Source: Octopus sinensis
Lineage: Eukaryota
DNA: 64,000 nt
Assembly (NCBI RefSeq): GCF_006345805.1
Contig: NC_042999.1
Span: forward strand, 109,678,001-109,742,000
Reading direction: 5' to 3'
The translations under genes and the position numbers were made by a program. This document shows positions 53,618-64,000 of the stretch, piece by piece. How positions within the stretch are numbered: the first letter of the stretch is position 1; each line of letters begins with the position of its first letter. The notes beneath the pieces were generated by a model. The model ran no database searches. It worked only from the letters and a program-made list of their open reading frames with translations, and was not told where the DNA came from.

Positions 53618-54351
53618 CTCAAGAATGCAAAAATTAAGTAAGAAGATTATGTTTTACTGAGGACCAAACAAAATACAATGAAGAATCTGGTCAGATTCCA
53701 TGTACACACACATGTGTGTGTATATGTGTGTGTGTAAACATGTAACTCTTCTGTAACTCCTAAATATCTCAAACTCCAAATAAGAAAAGTTTTTTCTGAT
53801 TCTGTTCTCATTCTATGAATGAAACATATTCTTGCACTGGATACCAAAAGTCAATATAAGGCACCTCAGTGTCTTAAAAATGGTACCAGAGTATGGAAAA
53901 GAGCAACTATAATAACAACGATAGATAGGATAGATAGATAGATAGATAAAGAGAGAGAGAGAGAGAGAGAGAGAGAATGGGTGTGTGGGTGGAAAGATAA
54001 CTGAATGGAAATTGTGATAATTTGAGTAATAAAGTTGGAAGACATTGACTAAACTAAGAATAACTACAAATATGGACAACTTAATGGGTCATGACATGTA
54101 CAAAGACAGATCTATATTATTAAGGAATGTTAGAGTTTAAAAACCATAATGTTTTAATATCTTGGGAGTAAATTACAGTCTAAAGCACACATGCTCAAAT
54201 ACACAAAGTGTATTTGTTGAAGTTTCTAAATATGCCATAACATAAAAATTCTTGATACATATCTGCACTGAAAATGTGTAAAATGTGATATATAATATAT
54301 ACTATTTTTTTTTAATATATATAGAAACATACATGTATGTATAAATGTATA

Positions 54352-54567
54352 ATACTTTGTACTATAGGCATAAGGCCTGAAGATGTTGGGGAGGGGTCTA
54401 GTTGATTATATTGACCTCAGTATCCAACTGGTAATTATTTTATCAATCCTGAAAAGGTGAAAGGCAAAGTTGACCTTGGTAGAATTTGAACTCAGAATGT
54501 AAAATTGCAAGAAATGCCACTAAGCATTTTGTCCAGAGTGCTAATGATTCACCCACTTTGCTACCTT
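54352..54567 (-). mobile_element. family A SINE with a ~21-bp degenerate TSD
   Basis: Core TGAAAGGCAAAGTTGACC...ATTTGAACTCAG. ACATGTATGTATAAATGTATA at 54331-54351 versus ACATGTATGTGTAAATGAATA at 54568-54588. Confidence 0.85.
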
Positions 54568-54999
54568 ACATGTATGTGTAAATGAATAGTAAAATTAAAC
54601 ATATACACACACATATTATACATGCATAAATATACATTCATATACATGCATTTATCTACATGCATACAGACACACACACACATGCCTCTGCATTATATTC
54701 CAGAACTATACTTGTTTAGCAAATAATTTCAGATATGGAATTCTGTCAGTGACCGATTCATAAAAGTGCGAAGAAATATTTTGACACTTCACAGGAAACA
54801 ATATTAGGAAATGTTATGATCAATCAATATTATTAAGAAATAAATGAAAAATGAATATAAAAGTTTTCTAATATGACTGTCTCATTAAGTAGCAACACAC
54901 ACATTCCTTTTTACATGTTTCCTCCATGCTAGTATGGGTTAGATGAATATATTACATGTATGTACACATATATATGTATATATATGTATGAAAGCATGT

Positions 55000-55034
<35 letters not shown>

Positions 55035-55434
55035 ACATACGTATAAGATACTATACTATTTAGTCTACTGATAATGAGTTGCCCTAGTAAAATATACTAG
55101 TTTTGAAATAGTAATGTAAACACAAACTACACCAGTGATTCAATATCTCAAAATAATATATATATGCCCACACACACACACACACGTGGATGTGTGTGTG
55201 TGTAAATATATATATATACACACATATACATATGCATATATGTATATGCACAAAGATACCTATATATATATATGTGTGTGTGTATACCTATATTATATAC
55301 ATGTGTGTGTGCATGTGTTTACATGTACAGTAATATCAGCTGGCATCTCTGAGTTATTTGAATTTCATGTGTCTGATCATCAAACTGCATATGATGCACC
55401 TCACACAAACACACACACACATTTACACCCCTCT

Positions 55435-55482
<48 letters not shown>

Positions 55483-55559
55483 CAGATACCTACACACATG
55501 CATACTTGCTAACTGTTGTCCATCTTCAACTGTACACCTTTTAATGTTTGCACTCTTTA

Positions 55560-56090
55560 GGAGGGTCAGCAGCAACAGAGAATACAGCCATGAGGGTGAT
55601 CAGAGAATTACAACTGCAACTATCTACGAGACATTTCTTTATGCCCTCATGGGTGAAGAAATTTTAGAAGTCATCATTGCAGATACATGTGATACTGTGG
55701 ATACCACAATAGCAATGCCTCCTCTTGAGATCCAAGGTCCATAATCTACATCACAGAAGACAGCTTTGGAATGACGATTCATAGTATTGTTGAGAAAGGG
55801 CATTTCCTAGGACCACTATCTTTATTGTGAAGAAGACAGATCCAGTGGTAGGAGTAATACATCACAAATGGTATCTCCTCCCTGCTGCAGGGGCCTGGTA
55901 GAAATCCAGTTTGATGGAAACCCCCTTAAAGCTGAATACTACAAATTTTTTCCCCTCTGTGTGTACTGTCCTAGCCTTTGTCTTCTTGGACTCAACTACA
56001 AGGTAGCAGAGCAGTACAAGATGGCTCACTACTGCTACAGATTAGGACATGTGTATCGACTCATCCCTGAGACAGATACTTTGACGAGTA
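55560..56090 (+). mobile_element. possible decayed LINE ORF1 (gag-like) remnant
   Basis: Higher-GC block. AHYCYRLGHVYRLIP has CX2CX4HX4C spacing with two ligands lost. Part of it is repeated at 56335-56470. Confidence 0.35.
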
Positions 56091-56334
56091 CTAGGTGTTT
56101 ATCTTTTTCTAAAATGCATGTGCCTGTCTGTCTATTTAGATGGTGAATAAGCAAGCACTGGTGTGTGTGTGTGTGAGTGTGCATGCTCACTTATTCACCA
56201 TCTTGAGTATTTCTGTCCTGTGCACATATATAAAAACATAAATAAAAGCATAAACACACACATGCACCCACATACACACACACACACACACACACAGGCA
56301 CATCTCTTTATACAGAGAAGACACTTTGGGTTGT

Positions 56335-56500
56335 ACATTTCCCAGTATCACTATCTCCACAATGAAAGAAATATATCCAGTGACAAGGACGACCCAAGAC
56401 AACTGGCACCTACCCCCTGCTGCAAGGGGCTGGTGGAAATCCCTATTTTGAAGACCACTTTAGGCTGACCAGCACAGCTTGTTTTTCTTTCTTTGGGTGT
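56335..56500 (+). repeat. diverged copy of 55800-55935
   Basis: CATTTCC..CACTATCT..ATCCAGTG..CCCTGCTGCA.GGG.CTGGT.GAAATCC is present in both. Confidence 0.7.
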
Positions 56501-58141
56501 ACTCCCCAAGACGCACCCAGAAAGAAGTCAGGTAGTGGAGATAGTTTGCTACCCAACCACCACAGTTAAAAAGCTCTATCTACTCCTCTCTCGGACAGAT
56601 GTCTAATCAAGAAATAAAGCAATTATCACCCTCAAAACAATCATATAACACATTTGTTCCCCACCTCAAGTATTTCTATATTCATGTATGCTATTACTAT
56701 GTAGTTATTCTGTTGGGTTCCTCTGTTCTTTCGACAGGTTTTGTTTTTGTTTTACTGCGTTTCCAGTAACACTGCTAATCGAGCTAGTCTAATGGGGTAG
56801 GGTGGAACAGTTCACCGCTAACAACCCGACTGTGTAACAGGTTGTACTGATTGCACGCTAGTTGTAGCACTGAAGGCAACCACACACACACATACATGCA
56901 CTGTAGCCTGTAATTTCATTCCTTTACACAAATTTGAGGTAATAAGGTAAAACAAAAGTGAAATTAGAAAGAGCCAGACAGATCAATTAACTGTTTTTGT
57001 TTGAGAATGGAAATAACTCAACAGTCCAAGGCAAGTTGGGAAGATTTACCGAAGAAATATATTACGGTTTATTTATTTATTATTATTGTTATTATTATAA
57101 GAAGTAGTACTTTTAGTAGTATATGGTTATGACTATTTTTACTGGAAAATGTTGGTGTTTATTTTTCTTTAATTCAGGAGAATTATTTTTGAGAGGTGGT
57201 TTGTTATATAATTTAGATGAATGAACTATAAATGAAAAATTACAATAGATAGCATAGCAGATTAGAACTTTGATCACTGTCGGGAATATTTTTTTTTTGC
57301 AAAAAGAAAAAGAAACAAAAGACAAAACAAAACAAAAAAAAACTACTTAATTTTTATATTCTATATCTATATATTCCACACATCTACATGAAGTTAAAAA
57401 TTGCTGTGAGCAATATCGATATACAAAAACAAATAAAAGTCAGTGAAATTTATAAATGTGAAGCAAAAATCAATAATGTAGTAAATACATGTTTTTGCAA
57501 TGCTTTTCTTTTCTTTTTAAGGAACATGAAAAAATTAATTTTTTTATAGGAAATCTATGTAATTTGTTCATGAAGCATGACTAAAATGAATTTTTTTTTT
57601 ACAAACATTTCATTTGGTAACACACTTTTGATGACATTTAGTAAATAAATATTTTAAGAAAATACCTTAAATTTTATTCTAAGAAAATATATATTCAATT
57701 TTCATATTTCAAAATTGTATTTTGGAAAATGGTGTATGAAATATTTTAATGCACATGCACACAATTATATATACATACATATACATATATTTTAAAAACT
57801 ATACATATGTTTTTGTATATGTATGTGCATGTGTGCACATATACATTACATGTCTGTGTGCTTGTGTATGTGTATATCTATAAACAAATATATACATGTA
57901 TGAAAATATATATAATATGTGTGCACATGTATGTACATGTCAGTGTGTATACATGCATGTATGTCTCTATATTTGTGTGTATGTACCAATTAATGTATGT
58001 TATATAAATTTATACTTCCATACATATGCATTATACAGAATCAGACCACATCTACATGTATAAACCTAAACATTAAGGTAAAGGCTTTTGTCAACATACT
58101 TACTGCATGTCTGTGTGTACATATATATCTATATCATATAC

Positions 58142-58177
<36 letters not shown>

Positions 58178-58436
58178 GTAACAACACACACATACATATA
58201 TAGTTACATTCTCTAATATTATATGGACATTTTCATGCACACACATTTGTACATACACATATAATTTTCAATAAAATAAGTACCTCCCCATGTCCAAACA
58301 TTTCCATCTTCGAAAGTAGGAATTGTTAATGCTATTCTTTAATAGTGATTATGTAAATTAAGTAAATATATAGAGCTGGTGAAGGTAGGAAGGCAGAATT
58401 TAGCAATGTGTGTGAGCATGTGTGTACGTGTGTGTA

Positions 58437-58484
<48 letters not shown>

Positions 58485-60099
58485 CAGTAGCTGCGGAGGC
58501 AAAACCAGAGAGAAAGGGGGAGGGAAGGAGAGAAAGAGAAAGAGAGAGAGAGAGATGAAGTTGAAGTGGGATTTCAACTATGAAACTTCCAGAATAATGT
58601 GCAGAATGAGAAAGCAGACAATATACAGCATGCTGGCAGCAGAAAGAAAACAACAAATTTTAAGAAACGCTCTATATTTTACTTTTTTTTGAAAAATTGA
58701 TTTTTCCATTCTCCCACCTCCCTCTCTTTTTTCTCCTTTTTTCACTTTCTGTCTGTCTGTCTGTCACTTCAGCCCTTGCCACTTTTCACTTTCTACCATT
58801 TAGAATTAAACATTCTCGAAATATTTTTGAGACAAGATTCCACAATATCTCATATTTGTCAAAATAAATAAATAAATAAATAATATAATTAAATAAATAA
58901 AGTAAAAAAAAACACACACACACACACACAAAAAAACAAAAAAAAAATTGCAAGAAAGAAAACAGAAAAGATTTCGGCACTACAAAGACATTATTTAAGA
59001 AAAGTGTAAGTTGTGAATGCATCGAACACAAACGCAGTTATTTTGTGCACACAGTCACATACATATATTTATTGTACGTGCATTTGTGAATGCGTGTGTT
59101 TTCAGGAATAATTATATAGACGGAGAAAGATATAGAAAAGGAAGGAAAAAAAGAGAAGGCAGACAGAATAGAGACATACTGAAGTGGATGGGGAAACTGA
59201 TAAGGTGACAGACAAAAAGACTAAGAAAAGAATGTGTGTGACATGTGGTGCATAATGAGATGAGAGAGAGAGAGAGTGTGTGTTTATAATTTGTGAACTG
59301 AAGGAGGAAGAGGATGGGTGTGTGTGGTGTATGTGTGTGTGTGATTTGAAAGATGGGAGAAAGAGAGACAGTGTGTATGTGCATTCATGAATGTGTTTAA
59401 GACAGAAGAGAGAGAGAAAGGATGAAAAGAAAGAGCATGCTTATGGTGGATGAGATAATAGAGAATGAATGAAAGAGAGAGAGAGAAGGAGAGAGTGAGG
59501 GAGAGAGAGAGAGAGAGAGAGAAGAATGTGTGTGTGTGTGTGGAGGGGAGTATGTATGTGAATGATCTCATCAGTAAGATCCACTCGCCCACTAAACCAA
59601 GTAGTCCGTTACTAATAAAGTACTATAAGGACGGTAACACAACCGAAATGATGCTATATTGATTACAATTTACCAAGAGAATAACAAAGCACACTGATAA
59701 CAAAAACACAAACATCCTGAAGAAGATGTGGGGTCAGGTAAGTGTGGGGTGGGGTGGAGAGAGAGAGAGAGAGGAGAGAGAGAGCGAAGAGAGAGAGAAA
59801 TGAAAACAAACAAGGACTTTTCACACAAAACTAAACCAAGCAGGAGGCAGTGACAAAGATTTTTAAACTATTAAAAGAAAAAGAAAAAAAAAACGATAGA
59901 AATCTATGTGTTAATATGAATACAATAGATACAAATGGAAATAGCTAAACCAGCAAAAAAATGAACATGGTGACAATGATGTTGATGAATGGATAATTTG
60001 AGTATTTTTTTTTTGATTTTTAGCACCAAAGTATTGTAATGATTTATATCATTAACTAATGGTATATTAGCTGAAATAACGTGTATGTATAGAAGGCAA

Positions 60100-60480
60100 C
60101 AGCAGAGTAATGACTTGCCAAACGAGGGCTACCAATGCACTATTGCTATATAGATGCAGTGCCTGCTGCAGGCAGCTGGAGAGAAGGCGACAGATAACAG
60201 TAGCAGCGGTATAGAAAAGACGAAGGAAGATGGAACAGCAGTTAGCTGTCCAGTTGACCGCCCTGTGTTGGTGTTGTTATGTTTCCACTGAGAGTAGATG
60301 TTTGCAGGTGATGCAACGACGAGAGGCAAATCAATGACATACTTTTCGAGTATTCAGCAAGCACCTACCTGCGAGCCAATTATATTCCACGACGCTTTAG
60401 ATTTTGCAGAAGCACTTATCAGTTTTCAACTGCAACATATTAAACATTCAAACACTATATGGCTCTCTTCAAAGAATTGA
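60100..60480. promoter_or_regulatory. CpG-retaining unique block; candidate promoter or 5' exon region
   Basis: About 11 CpGs within 60121-60395 in an otherwise CpG-poor window, flanked by GA/CT tracts. Minus-strand splice signals bracket 60369-60429. Confidence 0.35.
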
Positions 60481-61123
60481 TGCCTAAGCTTGTCTTAAGA
60501 TTCTTTCAAATAGTAAAATTTCAACAGATTTAAAAATTTAAAGTCACGGTGACCTAGGTTTTCATAGCAATATCTATTTTTAATGTTTTTTATTTCTCTC
60601 TCTCTCTCTTTCGCTCACTTTCTCTCTCTCTCTCCCTCACTCTCACTCCTCCTCCTCCTACCCTTCCCATTGCCTTTTCTCTTTTTGTGTACAGCGAAAT
60701 TTTAAATATCAGCATGTAGATAATGAAAGGTTTAAAGGAGCTGCACATATATTTAATTACTGGCAATGTATCTCAGTTGTACTTCATACAGCCTCTCTTG
60801 CATTTTCATTTTTTTAAAAATTTCACATATTTTATATTATTTATAAATTATTACTATTTATATTTGTATAAAACATAAATATTTTTTCGTGTTTTGCTTG
60901 TTTATATTTCTTGTATATTTACATTTATATATAGTAAATGTGTGTATGTTACACACATGTATACACACACACACAAATATATATATACATATATATGTGT
61001 GTGTGTGTGTATGTATATATTTATATATACATATATATATGCGTGTGTGTATGTGTGGAGGGAGAAAGACAGAGAGAGCTAAATAACTATATAGCTAGAA
61101 AGATAGGCAGACAAATAGATAGG

Positions 61124-61193
<70 letters not shown>

Positions 61194-61878
61194 GAGAGAG
61201 AGGGGGGAGAGAGTGAGTGAGAGAAAGAGCTAAGCAGAAAGATAGATAGATGGATATAATTCTTTGTTAAAATCATCAATAAATCTGGACAGTGACAGTA
61301 CATTTTGGCTGTTATTAGATTTCTTGCAAGGTCATTGTGACCCAACAACTATTTGAATTAGACAAATAGGAATAAATTAAAATATATCAGCTATTTTAAA
61401 AGGAAATGAATTTTCCCTATTTCTTCGAAGATGTTTACTGATAAATTTTTTCTTGGTTTATTTATTTGTTTTAAAATTCACTGGGTGTGCAAGGTAGTCG
61501 GGGAAAGAGGTGTGTGCATGAGATTTTACTAATAAATCAAAAAACCCATTTATTTTCTGAGGGACTTTGTATCAGACGATATAAACATTAAGTTATATAT
61601 TTTAAAACAGAATTTTATTATGCCTGCAGAAACACCAATACCCATCCAACAATCAATCTACACATTTATTTCTTTATATGAAATTGTTTGCATAAAAAAG
61701 GAGAGAGAGAGAGAAAGAGAATAGCAATCTTCTTTCATCAATGAATAAATAAGTTAAAGCCACATTTTATATACAAGGGGAGATGGAATCTGGATTAACA
61801 TCAAAAATAAGATCAAATTTAACTCTAAACAACAACAACAATAATGGTTTTCAAGATTAGCACAAGGCATAATAATAA

Positions 61879-62094
61879 CTGTTTCTAATATAGACACAAG
61901 GCCTGAGACTGGGGATGGGGGTAAGTCAATTAAATCAACTCTAGTTTTTGTCTGATATCTTAATTTATTGATCTTAGAGGGATGAAAGGCAAAGTCGACC
62001 TGAGTGGGACTTGAACTTAGAACATAATAAGCCAAAACAAATGCTGCTAAGCATTTGAGAAAATGCTTTAGCAATTCTGCCAATCCAGCACCCT
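61879..62094 (-). mobile_element. family A SINE
   Basis: GGATGAAAGGCAAAGTCGACC...TTGAACTTAG...CTAAGCATTT...TTCTGCCA. Confidence 0.85.
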
Positions 62095-62329
62095 AGGTAA
62101 TAATGACAATAATAATGACAATTTCTTTCATCAGCATGATTCAAGTTAAAAGAGAAGCCACAATTTATGCTTTACACAAGAGCATTAAGAGCTATCAGGG
62201 AGCAGTGTGATAGTAAGGATGCTAATGAAGTAAATGATAAAGCTCTAGTTGGGAATCAACCATGTCACAGAAGTGATTTGTCCAGAGCATGGCACCAGTT
62301 ATAAATAACAATAAGGATGAACATTCTGA

Positions 62330-62540
62330 ACAGCAGCACAAGGTCAAGCATGTTCAAAAAGGAGCTATTGCTGAATGAACTAACTCAATTGTTTGACTAG
62401 TACTTGTTTTATTAAACCCAGAAGGATGAAAAACAAAACTAAACCTATTGTGGGTTTGAATGTAGAAGGAGAAATTAAATATTGTAAGGCATTTAGTGAA
62501 GCACTCAAAAGTTTCTATATACACCTCCACTACCTTGATA
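62330..62540 (-). mobile_element. degenerate family A SINE
   Basis: AGTACTTG...GAAGGATGAAAAACAAA...TTTGAA core. Confidence 0.6.
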
Positions 62541-62629
62541 ATAACAATGATGAATGAAATTCCTTTGGCTATGTCTTGATGGCTATTGAGGTCTCTTTAA
62601 TTCTGTTATGCCAAGAACATAGCAATGTT

Positions 62630-62815
62630 TCTAGAAGAGAAAATGCACCAGTACAATCTGTAAAGTGGTAGGTGAAGGGAAAGTGATCCAGCTCTACAAA
62701 CTGAGCCAAATGAGTGAGAGAAGCACCAGTCTAAGAAACAATGTGAACCATTATGAACCATCAAACTCATCCCAGCATGGTAAGCGGATGCAAACAGGAT
62801 GATGATGAAAAGGAT
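62630..62815 (+). mobile_element. RTE-type 3' terminal fragment with (GAT)n tail
   Basis: GCACCAGTACAATCTGTAAAGTGG...CCCAGCATGGTAAGCGGATG...GATGATGATGA. Confidence 0.65.
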
Positions 62816-62849
62816 GAGGATTTCTTATGCATGAGACTAGTTGTGGTTA

Positions 62850-63000
62850 AGCACTATTTCACTTTGATTGCACAGCCCTGTGATCAAGAGTACAGTGCCC
62901 GATGTCCTCTTAGATATAGAAGAAAGGGTGTGATAATGAGGGAGATTTGGTGGCTATTTGTAAAAATTTGTGTGACCATGTTATAGGCTTTCATTGGCTT
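62850..63000 (+). repeat. family C repeat copy
   Basis: GGGTGTGATAATGAGGGAGATTTGG...GTGACCATG. Confidence 0.6.
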
Positions 63001-63059
63001 GTTATCAGTAGCTTTTGTAAGATGTTTAGTTCATAGATTTCATGTTAGATACTTTTTTA

Positions 63060-63640
63060 AGTTTCAGAAGAATAAAAAATTAAGTCAACCACAGTAAAAT
63101 TTTAATAAAATGTTATCATGTTGCCATACAATCTGATAGAGATTTTTTACTGATGTTCAAATAGGTATTAAGGCAGCAGAGTTTAAGTGGAAACAAATAT
63201 CTTGAGTCATCTGTAATTGGAAGATTCTGATTCATATGATGGTGAAGAATCGTAAGATGGTGGTGTGCCTGGTTGCTCTTTTTGGGTCTAACTTATTGGT
63301 TGGCAGCTTCGAAACACAAACAGATATTGTAAGTCAAGAAAATGCAAATGCTCCAATGTGTGCCGGAGTTGACTACATTAGGCCATGCCATGAATGAAAA
63401 TGCACTGAGAGCGATGGAAGCAGAACTTGTTGTTCATAAAATGAGTGAGGTGAGCTGAGCTGCTACTTGTATAGGGAAATGAGATGCTGTGCCGAACAAT
63501 CGCTATCCTTAAGAATCAACCCAAATGTCTAGCACCTTTTAAAGATGACCAAAGAAATGGTAGATGGATATATATGCAACATATATGCAATAAGTCAACA
63601 TCTCTTCTAGAAGTCCTTAATCAGGCCAAATAGAGGGGGG
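63060..63640 (+). mobile_element. decayed RTE-clade LINE ORF2 fragment (post-RT region)
   Basis: Broken frames give IKAAEFKWKQIS-VICNWKILIHM, KMVVCLVALFGS, KMQMLQCV, NEN and R-PKKW-MD, which follow the RTE order (AWxKW...VRPxxLYGSE...EMxMLRW...GRPKKRWxD). Confidence 0.75.
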
Positions 63641-63859
63641 ACATAACAAAGCAAACTTTATGAATGCATTTCTGGAATAATATAGAAGATTTGATTGAAA
63701 CTGATAATAAGCATCATGAATGGCACCAAAGCAGTACATAACTAAGTTATAACAAAAAGAGGGATAAAATCCCTACTCAACAGAAATTATAATAAAATAA
63801 CAATATAAAAAAACAGCTGTACATATACATATAATATGCCACTTTTTCATGAAAATTAA

Positions 63860-64000
63860 TTCCTCACTTTTGCCTGAGGCAACAAATCTTGGAGGAGAGG
63901 TGTATAGTTGATCAAATAAACCAGTGAATTCCTGGTGCTTAGTTTATCAAATTTAGATGAATGAAAGACAATATTAACCCCGAAAAGATTTGAAATCAGA
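63860..64000 (-). mobile_element. degenerate family A SINE cut by the window end
   Basis: TTTATCAA...ATGAAAGACAA...GATTTGAA core. Confidence 0.55.

Noticed and set aside
59559-59575. Minus-strand TGAGATCATT (bantam-like 5' end) overlapping a CTGATGA
   Set aside because: The match is only 10 nt with no precursor hairpin, and there is no stem II/GAAA for a hammerhead.
60129-60329. Minus-strand ORF with a hydrophobic C-terminus resembling a GPI signal
   Set aside because: It has no ATG start, an in-frame stop just upstream, no convincing acceptor and no recognised family.

Overview
This is AT-rich, microsatellite-dense eukaryotic non-coding DNA, either intronic or intergenic. Its repeat families look like those of octopus (coleoid cephalopod) genomes; that is an inference from memory, not a database result. 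I found no recognisable intact protein-coding exon, tRNA, rRNA or CRISPR array, and nearly all listed ORFs are microsatellite or repeat artefacts. The window holds many tRNA-derived SINE copies of several modular families (labelled A, B and D here; C is an unclassified repeat), some with clear target-site duplications (TSDs) and some nested. It also holds RTE-clade LINE remnants, hAT and Tc1/mariner MITEs, local duplications and a few unique higher-GC blocks. The most notable observations are: (1) a TSD-flanked head-to-head foldback of a SINE whose tail carries a minimal Penelope-type hammerhead ribozyme motif (51147-51630, third copy near 8.7 kb); (2) an 18-nt exact match to miR-137 with no hairpin (28044-28061); (3) two extended miR-8-complementary sites (47545-47632); (4) a hairpin with 51-bp arms (33935-34062); (5) a CpG-rich block with a non-coding exon-like segment and an adjacent ERE-like palindrome (60100-60555). 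All functional interpretations are hypotheses, and boundaries without TSDs are approximate.
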